Made by a program: the position numbers and the translations under genes. From positions 1,178,001 through 1,242,000 of the forward strand of contig CM106586.1 in NCBI GenBank assembly GCA_048013815.1: 64,000 nucleotides of DNA. The letters are read 5' to 3'. Below, piece by piece: positions 21,778 through 35,201 of this stretch (positions within the stretch are counted from its first letter, which is position 1; every line of letters begins with the position of its first letter). The notes below the pieces were generated by a model that was not told where the DNA came from, did no database searches, and worked only from the letters and a program-made list of their open reading frames with translations. The DNA comes from Setoptus koraiensis. Its lineage: Eukaryota > Animalia > Arthropoda.

Positions 21778-23497
21778 ATTGTCTTGTTAGTTTGATTGCC
21801 GATTTAGAATCGAAATTGGTGATTAGTTCGGTGTGTGATGATTGGGAATCTTCTTGGTTCTTTTGGTTTCTTGATTCTAGGCTTTTGTTTGCTATTTTCT
21901 TGTCAAGACTGATTAGATTACTACTCAAAGCGAATTACTTGTACACACTGTTATTGTCGAACAATCAACTGTGACATTATGAAACATATAATCATTGACC
22001 AATTCTTTTTATACCATCTAGCTATAGATTGAACTAGATTGTCCGCTCCAAGATTGCGAGCATAGTAATTCTCAGCATAATGTTTCAATAGTTTCCACTG
22101 TGGATGTAAGGGAGTCACATTGTTACATAAGCCAGCTAGTGAACCCACAAGAATATTGTGTTCAGTGACTCAGGGTGATAAGATGGATAAATAAATCGAT
22201 ACACTTTTAAGGCGTAATAATTTTCAGTTGCATGTGTATCCCCTCAAATACGAAATAGACATTGCTCGAACCATTTGCATCTATGAGATAAATCTAGATT
22301 ACAGTGACAAGCGTGAGACAAAGTGGTGCTTGTTTGGCCATGTATATCACAAAAAGTCTCAAGTCATACAATTTATGCAAATAAACTATCACCTCCATTG
22401 GTTTGTTTATTAGATTGCTTGTTGTTGCATGAGAGTTGCTGCTACTGTTGTTGTTGTTGTTGTTGCCGTTACTGCTGTTGTTGCAGAGACAAAACTGGCT
22501 TCGATTTACTCACGTAGGCTTCAATGTCTCACAATCTCCAACGGACCAATTGGAGATTAGTTGCAAAAACAAACATTAGACTGATTTAATTGACACCAGT
22601 CTGATTGTGTACACTTGTGACACCCTGCCATTGTTGTTGCGTAGGTTGATTACTTTTATTGGAATAGTTAATTGGTCAGAGACAGTGTCACTTATTATGT
22701 CTAGCCAAGACCCTCTCATAGGATTAACCCAGCTAAGTCTTTAACAATGACTACTAGAGTCCGCCGACAAGTAAAACAATCAACGGTGTAAAGGTTACGG
22801 GCAGTAGAGCCTTGAATAATTTATTGTTCAATATAGTAATTACAGAGGTAATAGTTTTTCTCTTGATAGACATATTTTTGGTGGTTTTCTCACTTGTGCA
22901 CATACAATAATAATAATACAAGTACACAGTTCGATATCTCTATCTTCTCACTTCAAATATACTCGTTGTTTAGTAATGCCACTACAATGAATCGGCTTTA
23001 TTTCAACGCGTCTCATGACAAAGAAAAAAATATGTGACAAGATTATGAGAATATTTCAGATAATATCTTGAAGGCAAGCCAAACATTTCCTTGAATTCGG
23101 CTGGAAGATTGCATTTAAGCATATGTTTACATCATTAAGGATCGTGGTTGTACAATGTAAAGCCAGGCAGTATTATAATTGGAGTTGGACATGATAATTG
23201 TGACTGCGATATTCCATCGGATTGATCCATCTAGGGTCGGTTAATTTTCGGCTTAGTAGTTGTCGATCGAGATTGGGCATCGAGCTCGTGATTGACAACA
23301 GGGTTTCTGGACTAGATTTCTGTATTGAGAACTTTCCAGAGTAGAGTAAGCGCATGATCAATGTCGATCGATTTTGTATACTTGTTCACAAATAGATACT
23401 TGAATAATATTCGTAACACAACTTGTCAGTCCGGTGACAGACAATATTATGGGTCACTGATTCATTTTATTTGTTAGGTCGTTTTGCTAGCATGTCA

Positions 23498-24142
23498 TCA
23501 TATTGTGGCCAATTTTCTATGATCAATTTTATCCAAGTTTATCAAAGGTTTCAGTTGATCGGCAAATGAGTGTATCTCTGTCGCTATCTGTTCATTGCTC
23601 GCTGGTGCCACAACCGACAACTCTACGAGATGAGACTTGGTAATAGGAGAAAGTTGCTCTATTGAGGGCGGATTCATTAGTTTGAGTACCTTTGAAACAG
23701 TGGCTCTGATACGACCCTTTCTGAACGACCAACCTTGTAGAATGAATTCGTAGTCACATTTGAAACCGAGATCTTGAAGGAATGAGGCGGCATTTGGTGA
23801 ACAATTTATGTCAACACACGTTCTCACCATTGTCAATCTGCTTTTGTCACCAATTTCAGGATTGCCCAAATAACACATACTCCATGGTGTCGACGCTGAA
23901 TCAATGGGCCTCCTTAATCTAACACTGACAGCCGTGGTATTTTGTGCATTCTTAATTGAGTATACCATCTCGTGATCCTTGAACACGACTAGGCCGGCCT
24001 CGGCATCATCGCACAATCCCTTCAATCGGTGTATCAGAATCCCTGTCGATTCGTCTAAGATAGATCCCTGGAGTAGATATTCCTGTTGAGGAGCTCTCCT
24101 ATTTAGTGACGACTGCACATTTGTTGATTGTTCCGAGGTCAT
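23498..24142 (-). CDS. MED18: Mediator of RNA polymerase II transcription subunit 18, intronless
   Basis: QEYLLQGSILD..LIHRLKGLCD, YLGNPEIGDKSRLTMVRTCVD, FLQDLGFKCDYEF..GWSFRKG, SHLVELSVVAP, FADQLKPL. Confidence 0.95.
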   Translation of the reverse strand: MTSEQSTNVQSSLNRRAPQQEYLLQGSILDESTGILIHRLKGLCDDAEAGLVVFKDHEMVYSIKNAQNTTAVSVRLRRPIDSASTPWSMCYLGNPEIGDKSRLTMVRTCVDINCSPNAASFLQDLGFKCDYEFILQGWSFRKGRIRATVSKVLKLMNPPSIEQLSPITKSHLVELSVVAPASNEQIATEIHSFADQLKPLINLDKIDHRKLATI

Positions 24143-24585
24143 TATAAATATGCCTTATTATTGTATCAGAGGTGCTAATTGCCGTAACAAACAAAATCAA
24201 TCTAACAGTAACGAGTGTGAGTGCCAAAAGTGTTTTGCCTATAGATAACATGCTCACAAGCAAATAACGTAGTTTCTGTGAGCGCGAAATTTCGAAATAA
24301 TCGTGAATAATTCTTGGTGGCATTATTCACAGTGAATATGCAGGTAAATTCATCCATGAATATGTGTATCTCGTGGCATGAATTCCTTGCGAATATTTAC
24401 ATGTAACTATGAATATTCGCCGTCGAGATTTTTTTGAATTTCGTCCTTGTAAACAAACTCGCGATAGAATTTGCATTTGATTTTCGAGTTAAAACTGGAA
24501 ATCATGTCATAATTTTTTACATTTAACTAAACTGTTATAGTACTACTGTCTGTATAAACTTACCTATATTGTTAACAGACCAAAG
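24143..24585. promoter_or_regulatory. Probable bidirectional promoter MED18/SLC35D
   Basis: 443 bp between divergent ATGs. Contains clustered TGAATA words, the palindrome TATTCAC-A-GTGAATA at 24324-24338 and GCGCGAAA at 24282-24289. Confidence 0.55.
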
Positions 24586-25888
24586 ATGAACGAAAAATGT
24601 AGCGACCCAGAGGGACAACAAATAATCAGAAAGCCTCTATTATCACTGGATGACACAGATGACGAGGGCGAGTCTAAAGCTCACCAGGAGCCTGAGATAA
24701 AACACAAGTCAAGTATTATATCATTGAATTTGGACTCTACTGATGCAGTAGAGGACAATAAACGCAATGCATATGTCACTATTATACAGCCATCAGGCCA
24801 CCAAAACAGTTTGGATGATAAGGAAAATAGGGCTTCGGAGCAGTTACAGCAACCAGCAATACCAGTGCCAATGAGATTGATATCAGCGTTATTCTACGGG
24901 ATATCATCATTATTGATAATGCAAATCAACAAAATTGTTCTTACTACTTACAAATTCCCGTCCTATCACTTTGTGGGCATTGGACAAATGGTGGCCACTA
25001 TTGTTATACTTGGCTCAGCTCGTCAATTAAAAGTGATCAAATTCCCTCGATTGACTCTACAAAAACTAAACAAAATATGGATCCTATCTTTGTTGTATCT
25101 GGTGAATCTAATTACAGGCCTAGGCAGCACAAAGCATCTCTCGTTGCCTATGATGATAGCATTGAGACGCTTCTCAATAGCAATGACAGCCATAGGTGAA
25201 TTTTATATACTTAAAGTTAGACAATCGTTAACAATAATTATGACAATAGTAGCCATGATTGGTGGATCATTGATTGCTGCGTGTGCCGATCCATCGTTCA
25301 ATGCTATAGGATATCTATTAGTCATGACAAACAACTTTTGTACAGCGGGCAGTGGAGTTTACATGAAAAAAGTTCTCGTTGCCAAGGATATAGACAAATA
25401 TGAAATGTTATATTGCAATGCAATTCTCACTATCTTGCCCCTATCATTTATATGTTTTCTTTCAACTGATCTCAGCACTATAATTGCTTTTAATTATTGG
25501 TCCAATATAGGATTCCTGACATCATTTCTATTGTCTTGCGTTATGGGCTTTTTACTAATGCAATCCACCATGTTGTGTACTCATTACAATTCACCACTAA
25601 CAACTACAATCGTGGGAACTCTCAAGGTGAGTGCCATAAGACACTATCGATCACTATCAACTCTACGTCAATTTTCACAGGATTTATTATATCTCTCTTT
25701 CTCGCGTTGCATTACATCGTCATGGACAGAATATATTATCCACTTATATTGGAATGTATATCTATGGTGACTATCAATTTACAGTATTAAACTTTTTAGG
25801 ATTGAATATCTCTTTGATAGGCAGTCTAGTGTATTCCTACTTAACCTTTGTGCAAAAGAAGAAGAAACAAGCATCGGACCGATGTTAG
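24586..25888 (+). CDS. SLC35D: Nucleotide-sugar transporter SLC35D1/D2 (fringe connection/UST74c-like), 399 aa
   Basis: Exons 24586-25626 and 25730-25888. Motifs: SALFYG..INKIVLTTYKFPS, LSLPMMIALRRFSI, HYNSPLTTTIVGTLK|NILSTYIGM..GDY..NFLGLNISLIGSLVYSYLTF. Confidence 0.92.
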
Positions 25889-26285
25889 ACTCAATCGTTT
25901 ATCGTTTTTGGAACAATCAATGGGCAGTCATTGGCCTCCTCTTGCACCGAGAGGATACAACATATAAATGTGTTGAAGTGAAGAATGTTTCGAACTAACT
26001 GTTTAGAAATAACCCAGGCCAAATATCACAACCAACATAAATAGATCAACAAAATAATAAATAACAAACATGTCCACTTGTTCAGTCAATAAACATTCCT
26101 TTAATCAGATATATAATTAGAGCTAAATCTCTTCATTTGCTTGACGGTGGAGATCCTTGACAAATCAGACTTTCGAAAACAAAAATAGTCCTACGATCAA
26201 AAGAACGGTGGTGTTATCACATCCAATCCATTTTCCTGATCACCAGAATGCTGAAGTAATGAGTGTCATCTCGATCATGCTTAGT

Positions 26286-26996
26286 CTATTGCGGTGGAAG
26301 CATTATCTTGATGTTACATAGTTGCGACACATGGAAATCCATGCAACTCTGATAGAATTGCACTTGCTCAATGATTGCTGTCTTTGTTGGAAATTTCTCT
26401 AGAGCTTGTTTCTTACATTGTTCGTGCTGTTCAATGATTTTAGTCTTTATGGTTGCCTCAACGTCCTTCTTTTTCAATTCTTCCTCGGCTTTGTCGTAAC
26501 GGTACGAGTTATCGGCATTGAACTGAATGACGATTTAGTGAGTGACATAGGTGTTAAAGTAATTTAATTATTAATTAATGAATATTTTATAATCAGTGGG
26601 CCAATAAAAGGAGAGCGTGTTCTATCTGGCTCTCTATGCCTCTCTCTCTCTCTCTCTCTCTTTGACCTCGAAAGCTTTCGTCGAACTTACCCAATCCTCC
26701 TTTTTGAGGGCACACTCTCCCAATTTGATTCTATGTTTCTCAACGATTTCGGCGTTCAATTGATCTTGGGTGGCGTTCAATGGATTTTGTTCTAGACAAG
26801 TCTTTATGATGTCGGTCTTCTGTTTTCTTTGTTGCTCTGTTGGCGCCAACTGTGGACATTTGCCCCAATCAATTATTGGCTCTATTACAGGTGGATTAGC
26901 TACCGGGGTGGCAGGAGTTGGATTACAGTCTACATTATTCAAAACAATTGTTGCCAAGCAAACAAATGCAAAACCGCATAGAAATTGTTTGAACAT
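26286..26996 (-). CDS. Chelicerate odorant-binding-protein-like (OBP-like) secreted protein, 180 aa
   Basis: Exons 26996-26691 and 26522-26286 (phase 0). Signal peptide; six mature-region Cys in IDWGKCPQL, KTCLEQ, GECALKKEDW|F, EQCKKQALEKF, QVQFYQSCMDFHVSQLC. This pattern matches the tick/mite OBP-like family as I recall it. Confidence 0.85.
26640..26660. repeat. (CT)n microsatellite inside OBP-like intron
   Basis: Perfect CT run seen directly. Confidence 0.85.
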
Positions 26997-29900
26997 CTTT
27001 GACGCTTTGAAGCCGTGTGAGTGTCTTAGATAGTGATTGGTAGCAAATTGATTACCGTTTCTTTCTGTTTTGATTTCTTTCTTTCTGTTTCTTCACTTTT
27101 TGCGATTATTATATCTTACTACGAGAGATGTCTTGACAATGAGTAGTAGATGCCGAATGAGAGACAATTGTCACATTGTCATTTATTATAACTGTGTTTT
27201 ATTTCTAGTCACCACCATCACAGAAAGTACTGTAAAATTTTCTATCATTCAGATAGCTAATAGAACGGCAGGCTTCGCATTAACCATATGGAGAACCCTA
27301 TGTATGTATATCAGTGAACTTGAACGGGCTTCTAATTAGCTTGTGGGTAGTGTCAACTATTTAAAATAGTAGTAAATAACAAATCAAGTAAGGCAAAATA
27401 ATCAACTATTCACTTATCGCACTTGCTCGATGTCAACTCGCTGAGGGGGACGAGAGAATATTATTTCCACCTGTTGCGACTTTTGATAGTCTAGGCGGAG
27501 ACAAGCATTTGAGGGGAAAATTTTCCGAAACTATTATTTATTTTCGAATGACTTTGATACTGGCTGCTTTGGACAGGTGAAACGGACTTGAAAGGTGATA
27601 ACCCTGCAAATGAGTGTCGCACCAATCATGTTGTTTGAGAAATTACTTTACTCATGGCCTGATATACTTTGTATATTCAAGTTAGTTCTAATGATCTCTC
27701 TCCCTCACTCAGTCTTGGGTTTATTTCTTGAGCGAACTCAATCAAATATAAAACATAATTCGAGAAACTCAAGGAGAGCATTATTAGCAATGAACGAAAC
27801 CATACCGTAGAATCTAGTTTTCTTCGAGGGACAAAGTTGTGACAAAGTTGAGAGTGCTGACCGACGGCTCAATTAAAAACAACCAAGTCTTTATTGATCT
27901 ATTACGACTTGTAGTTGTTGCATACAACAACTACAAGTCTTATCAATATGATGGTAGTAGTGGTCAACCATTATCTGGTCACTATCACTCTTAATTCTAA
28001 TGATGGTTTGCTTCAACTACTTCCTATGAGCAACATGTTTACTAGTCCGGTAATTATATTTTGTTTATGTGTCCATTAACATCATCGCAACAGTCATCTA
28101 CTCACACTCAAATGAACTAGCCTGTAAAGTAAGCTTGTGATGATGGTGGCCAAGACAAAAGTTCATACAAACGAATGGCATTGAATTCGCGTGACACACA
28201 TATAAATACTATGCAAAATGCTGTACAATTCACTGCCCGCTTAATTATAATAATAATAATATGTAAATTATGTCTTTTGGCATTAGGTATATCTCGTATG
28301 CGATTGACGACCTTCGTTTTATCAGCGTACCACATGCCATGTGTAGTGTCGCCCTGAAGGTGTGTCTGCGAAGCCCTCGAGCTTAAAAATAAATAAAAAG
28401 TCTGAGGAAATCAAAACTTTGCAAATTGACTATGTGAACTTTGTATCTATCTAGGTCTACTTATGACAATAACTGGCTGTTGTTGCTGTTTTTCAATAAA
28501 AAACAATAAATAGTGACAAATATCTCACATCGAAATCAATGAAGATTTTGTTTTGTCGAACTCTACTGACAGGAAAAACCATGAAGCAATGCCACACACA
28601 ATCCTACAACGGATGTCGATAGTAGTAAGTTGAGCATATCACAACTACTACCAATTCATCTGGTAAATAAAGACTTTACTTGTTACTTTTCACGTCTAGA
28701 TGCGTCCAACATGAGCAGTAATGAGTAGTAAACCACTCTACACCGATGTCCTTGATTGATATCGATAACAACACGGCAACAATAGTTGATCTATCGAGGA
28801 AAACTTCTAGAATATAAAAAGAACAACATACAGTAATTACATGAGCGCAAAAACGATTTTGAATTCTTTGTGTTCCGAAGGAGAAACCCAAATTAGATTC
28901 AAGATTGATACTACTTCAATCTGGTGCTGATCATTCAATTTATCTCACACAGTTGTAGAGATTAGTTGAATTTTAAGGTTATTGAGCCTATGGTTGATGA
29001 ACAAGCAATAAGCGATGGCAAGTGGCTCGGTTTAATGGATTGAGTGCAATTTACCAAAAATTTCTATCACTCTTCTTTTACGATGCCCAAGTGAGAATTG
29101 TCGTCAATTAGATTGGACCATGACAATCTTTATAGCTAGGCGAACAAGTGATAAAGGTAACTTAGACAAGTCGAAACTAGTTTATTTTACCGTGGGCTGT
29201 TGTTGCAACAGAATATGTTTGAGTGAGTGAGTGAGAGAGAGAGAGAGAGTAATGCCATTGTCAAAGGTATCAATCATTGCGACTAGATTGCTTAGACTGG
29301 CTTAACTTGACCAAGCATGAAAAATGAACAACTTGGAGCAGCTACTCCATAAGGCACGCAACAGGCGACAACTAGTCTATGATGCCTACCTTCAGTTATG
29401 ATTTCGTTGTTCACTCGCAAATTGGTGCCGCTGTTGCAAACATTAACATGTCATGAACTTTATAAGATTTATCGCTTACTTCGATAGACCTTAGCATAAC
29501 TTTCTTCTAAACCTCTTATGAGAGAGATATCTGACTTGCATGGAAATAGATTAATCGTTTCGTAGGCTACAAGTTGCCGCATGATTAACGGATGCAAACT
29601 GCCACTTGTTTCTTTGTCTACATTGTCAGCGGTGATCAACAGGGTTGATTGAATTTGATTGCAGTTATGCAAAATCAAACAATTAAACACAACCAATGTT
29701 GTAAGTTTGAAATCCTCGCTAGACAATTTGTCACCTCTAAAACACACTGCTTACACACTCCAACTATATATCTGTTGGCAATTAATTTTCAATAGACTAG
29801 CGCGAATCAACTACCCACGAAAAATTTGTTGTTGCTTCGCAAGGATACTTCACTAACATACTCGATCGGCTCCCAGGATACTCAGTGACCGTACCAAGCT

Positions 29901-31086
29901 CAATAGTGCAAGATATAGTCAGTTAATTGCTCATAGGGTTCAACTTCAATGAAAACGATTTATTTACGCCAGAGAATAATATATGATAGGCTATTATTAT
30001 GCAATAAACTGTGAATGAGGTCAATGCAATATCAAAGATTAATTTGCATTCACTAAATGCATTTCAGAGATTGTTTCAATGTTAGCAAAGGTTTACTCCC
30101 CAACTCTATTGTTCAAATCGCTAATTTCTTGGGTCAGTAAAATATCGCGTAATAGTATTAGTATTTTCGCTTGATTATCAAGCCAAGTTAATGATCAACT
30201 CATAAGTCTGCTCTTCGTATCTGCTGGGACAAGGATATTATGTCTCTTGGGACGATATCTTGGAATGAATGACTAATTATTGATCCGACTAAAACTCTAA
30301 TGTTCGTTTCGAATCGTTGAATTTCTTGAATGAATCGTTTCGGTTCGTCGAAACTAACTTATACTTTCACATTTAGAGATTACCTCTATCTGGCCTCCAC
30401 GAGGCATCATGAGGAAATTCGTCTCGGTTCAATCTCAACAATCATAACGTAAAACAACAATAACCCGAGGTGATTTACGAATAATTTTACTAAAGTATCA
30501 AGAATATGTGAGATCGTAACTAGCTGAATCACCACAACGAGAGACTATCAATTGGCATTATAACTATGAGAATTTGTTGTTGTTTGGTTCGAGCTTGGAT
30601 TGACATACTGTCAGTGAGTGAGGTCAGCGCGACAGAGTGATATAGTATAGTGTCTAGAAGTCTATTGTGGACATGACTTTTAATGCAACAGTTTACAAAA
30701 CATTAACCTCTATTGATTGCAATATCAACTGATCACATTGCTTTCCGATGCTAAGTTTGATTCAATATTGATTGAATCAAAGTTCAATGGAATAGGTGTA
30801 TGGTGCGCCTGGATAGTTTTCTCGTTTCTTCACTAGTAGTTCTATGAATGCTCTTCTTTTTTGTTTATTTAGAACGGAATCAAATTATAAATCTATAATA
30901 ATAAGTGAGACATCCAAGTGAGATAAGGAATTGGGACTGTCTAAAAGTTATCTATGAATATTTATAAATTCTTATGTGTTTTCGTTATATGTATATATTA
31001 TAGCATCCCTTTGTTTAATGTTCATTTAGGTGTTGATCATCAAAAAATAATAGTAATAATAATGCTGAGAAGTTGAAACGCTAATC

Positions 31087-31974
31087 TTAGCGCATATCAT
31101 CTTCTTGTTCGATATTTTGTTTAATTCGTAATAACAACGTTGTATACCATTGATCTAGTCTAGAAATAGAATCGTAATCCTGAACAACTTCAGCAAAACC
31201 ATCAACATCTTGGGCCTCGATCTTTTGAATTAAATCTTTGACAAGTTTACATTCTCTTGATCCACTGAAAGCAGGACTCATTTCCTCATATTTTTTCACC
31301 GCTATTTGTGCATTCAACAAATCGACACACATATGACAGAGGGCAGCACGGAGGAAGTGCTCTTTTGCACTGTATTTCAATAAGTTGTTATCTAGACAAG
31401 ATTGACCAACTTTCTCATAGATCTCTATAGCTCTGGGGTATTGTTCTAACTGTGCTGCATAACGGGCCACATTCAATAAGCATCTGTTTGCGGTTGAATT
31501 GCTTTCTTCGCATTGATAATAATCTGCTGCTTTGGTATAATGCTCGACAGCTTTCGGTATGTCGCTAGCATCGGATTCGTATATCTCTGCAATAGTCATA
31601 TGATGTTTAGCTGCAACAGAGAATTTGCCCATATCTGTGTATATCTCAATAACTTTTAATAAACAATTCACTGCCTCTTGGGGATTGCATTTTTTGTAAC
31701 AATTAGAGGAATCCAAATAATGAACGGCTGCATCATGTTTATTATCCATTGATTGATTTAATGTTGCTGCCTGATAAAATACTTTGCCTGCCTCATTCCA
31801 TTTTTTTGCCATCTTCAACAGATTGCCTGCCTTTACGTACGACTCGACTGCCTCCTCTTTGCTTCTGGTTGGATTGCTCAGGCCCATTCTGCTGAGAAAC
31901 CCAAAAGATGAGGAGCCCGCCTTCTTTTCAGCATCTGCTATATACTGGGCTGCTTTCTGTTCATGGTCCGACAT
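31087..31974 (-). CDS. NAPA: Alpha-soluble NSF attachment protein (alpha-SNAP), intronless
   Basis: AGNLLKMAKKWNEAG, IEIYTDMGKFSVAAKHH, DNNLLKYSAKEHFLRAALCH, YDSISRLDQWYTTLLLRIK. Confidence 0.97.
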   Translation of the reverse strand: MSDHEQKAAQYIADAEKKAGSSSFGFLSRMGLSNPTRSKEEAVESYVKAGNLLKMAKKWNEAGKVFYQAATLNQSMDNKHDAAVHYLDSSNCYKKCNPQEAVNCLLKVIEIYTDMGKFSVAAKHHMTIAEIYESDASDIPKAVEHYTKAADYYQCEESNSTANRCLLNVARYAAQLEQYPRAIEIYEKVGQSCLDNNLLKYSAKEHFLRAALCHMCVDLLNAQIAVKKYEEMSPAFSGSRECKLVKDLIQKIEAQDVDGFAEVVQDYDSISRLDQWYTTLLLRIKQNIEQEDDMR

Positions 31975-32537
31975 GATGATTCACTGGTGATGTAATTAGT
32001 GCGTCCTGGCTACTCTTGATAATAAATACTCAGAATGTTCGTTAATATCAATATAAGGCTCTGTTAATTATGATCAACTGGACCGTAGGAGAAAATTGTG
32101 TGTAGCACCTGATATAATTATGCTAATATTACCTGTAATTAGTATTGACCGAAAGTAGATCACTTTCTTTTTTTATTTATTCTAAACAATATGAAACCAA
32201 AACAATAGCCGCATGATCGCCTAAGATGACGCTTCGCGCATCATTACTCATGCGCAATGGTCTATTTATGGAATTTGGCACAAAAAAAAAGAAAAAAACC
32301 TATTTGAAATCCGCGCCTCCACAATAATTTCTAATTGTTGCGATTGCGATTGACACGAAAAAGTCCACGAGGTTCTTGTTGATCTTGATTTCTTATCAGA
32401 TAGCATCCATCCATCGAATTTGTGCCTACAGCAAAAAGCATCCATACATTCTGACGATCCCCTACTTCTCCCAAACCGAAACTTCGGATCGGCCTATTCT
32501 AACTGAACAACTGTTCGAACTCAACGCGAGACTTAAA

Positions 32538-32804
32538 ATGGCCGCTCCTCCGGCCCCTCTCAACCCATCGATGCTATTACCTCTCGAATTAGTTGACAAA
32601 TGTATAGGATCACGTATTCAGATCATCATGAAAAACGACAAAGAGATCGTCGGAACACTGGTTGGCTTCGATGATTTTGTAAATATGGTCCTAGAAAATG
32701 CAGTGGAATACGAGTTCACACCAGAAGGGAAAAAGAAAACCTTGCTAGAGCAGATACTACTCAATGGAAATAACATTACCATGATGGTGCCTGGCGGCGA
32801 TTAA
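32538..32804 (+). CDS. LSM5: U6 snRNA-associated Sm-like protein LSm5, 88 aa
   Basis: [56 protein letters not shown]. The real start is the ATG at 32538, not the TTG at 32376. Confidence 0.97.
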   Translation: MAAPPAPLNPSMLLPLELVDKCIGSRIQIIMKNDKEIVGTLVGFDDFVNMVLENAVEYEFTPEGKKKTLLEQILLNGNNITMMVPGGD

Positions 32805-33072
32805 ACTACGCTGCTCAATTGTACAGAATCGCAAATGAAAAGATGTTACCTATGTCTCACCAATAAAAACTATAGCCTCTATAAACTATAGTATCTCTAG
32901 TTGTATTGCCACAATTGTTATGACTTATGAAGCGTTTGGCAGTACATTTTTTTAGAAGGTCCGAAAATCTCGCAACTATCGAGCGATGACAGAATGAGTG
33001 AAGGGAAAGTAGCCGGTTTTAAGTTTAGCTCATAGTAGTTTTTATTCAAAGAAGCTCAACCTTGGACAAGAG

Positions 33073-33540
<468 letters not shown>

Positions 33541-33830
33541 TCAACCAATAGATACCTGAGATATTGATAGAGAAAGAACGAGACCATACGATTAGAAATC
33601 ACGCCAGAGGTGAGTTGAGTTGTCTACAAATGTGTTAAGATATTAAAATAAAGGGTTCAATGGCGGGTGTCTCTGTAAGCATCGTCAATTAAATGATTAA
33701 ATCAAAGAGGCTAGTGCTGGATCCAAATACTTGATGTTTATTCCCACGGTTTACAAGCATTATATACAAACAGGCGTGTCTTGGATCATTGGATATATTG
33801 TCTACTGTGAGCTGGTGATTGTTTGTCCTA

Positions 33831-34610
33831 TTAGACCAAAAGAACGGCATTGATGCAGCCATCATTCTCTGGATTATTTGTCACTTGGGCATACTTGGCC
33901 CAAACCACTTTACCAGATTGTGTAACAAGACCTAACTCTGAGATGTTGACTTCAATCACAGTTCCTTTCGTAATGACACCCAAGCTGGTGTAGAGAGGCG
34001 AGCTGGGGTTTTTCTTAACACCAACAATAGGGAGACAGAAGGTTGTCTTAAGTTCTGGATGAGTGACATGAGCCGATTTGAATCTCATGGCCATGGGACG
34101 AATGAATCTTTCAAATTTGGGTGGTTTACGGGTGAAGTTGTCACCAACAAAAGTAATTTTAGTGACCATTCGCTTCCATGATTTCTTCTTGCGTTTGCCT
34201 GTACGAATCTCCCTAAACACCTCTGCCTCAGAGACTGCACGTGTCTTGGGCAACGGTACCTCCCATTTGCCTGCTTTTTCCTTACGCTTTTGCTTAAGCA
34301 TATTAGTTAGAACCTTGCTACGATTTTGTTCATCGCGATCGAGCAAATAGGCCGGCACGGCACCATCTTCGACGGGCTGTTGGCGAGATTCAGTCTGTTT
34401 CATCTCATGGGCCCTGATGGTCTTTTTCATTTGTATTTTCTCTGTGAAACGTTGACGATTGTATATTTTGGCCTTAAGACCTCTTAGTGTCCTAGCTTTC
34501 AAGGCATCCCTCTTTGGTTTTCTTGCTTCCCTTTTTCGTTTTCGTTCGGCATAATCTAAACGGCGACCGTGCCTCTTGATGTGCAACTCAATATGCTCGT
34601 TTTGCGGCAT
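33831..34610 (-). CDS. NSA2: Ribosome biogenesis protein NSA2, intronless
   Basis: [58 protein letters not shown]. Confidence 0.98.
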   Translation of the reverse strand: MPQNEHIELHIKRHGRRLDYAERKRKREARKPKRDALKARTLRGLKAKIYNRQRFTEKIQMKKTIRAHEMKQTESRQQPVEDGAVPAYLLDRDEQNRSKVLTNMLKQKRKEKAGKWEVPLPKTRAVSEAEVFREIRTGKRKKKSWKRMVTKITFVGDNFTRKPPKFERFIRPMAMRFKSAHVTHPELKTTFCLPIVGVKKNPSSPLYTSLGVITKGTVIEVNISELGLVTQSGKVVWAKYAQVTNNPENDGCINAVLLV

Positions 34611-35201
34611 CTTGATCTATTCCAGAGACACACAACACACCGAACTATTTATTTTTCTGAAAGAATATTGTTAAATTAACTCACCCTAATCGTAATAATA
34701 ATTTGTGATAATAATATATGCTGATATTTAATTTAATAATCAAGCAATCAGTGAGATATTAAATGATTCAACCAGAACTAAAGAATTTTGTATAGTCACA
34801 TTTAGCAGTCAATAGCAATGCTGTTAGCACACACACTCACCTAACGTGGTTCAATTGAAAACATTCACAACGCTGTGCAGCTATGCTGCCGACACGCCTC
34901 CGGATGAGCATTTACAACTAAAAAGCGCATGCGTCAGAGCTAGCCCGCTGATTTTAAAAGACTTTTTTTTCAACGGGGAAGAACCCAACAAATTGTTGTT
35001 ATACAGGGTGGGCAGGCTGACGTGATAATCATTATATTTTGAATTAACTTTAAGTAAAAGTATCAAGTGTCATTGTAATAGTAATCTGGTGTGACTTCTT
35101 TCATTTATTAATGATAGATGATCACAAATATAGTACTAATTTGCGATCTTCTTTGTCAACATTATAGCTATATTAACTCTACAGTATGGCTGAGTGATGG
35201 C

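Noticed and set aside
32376-32537. N-terminal extension of LSM5 in the ORF track
   Set aside because: Starts at TTG, which is not a normal eukaryotic start. LSm5 homology begins after the ATG at 32538.
34078-34350. Antisense/overlapping ORFs inside real genes (also 14399, 18610, 26770, 36378, 36923, 39684, 51803, 56024, 62531)
   Set aside because: Shadow frames of conserved CDSs with no independent motifs.
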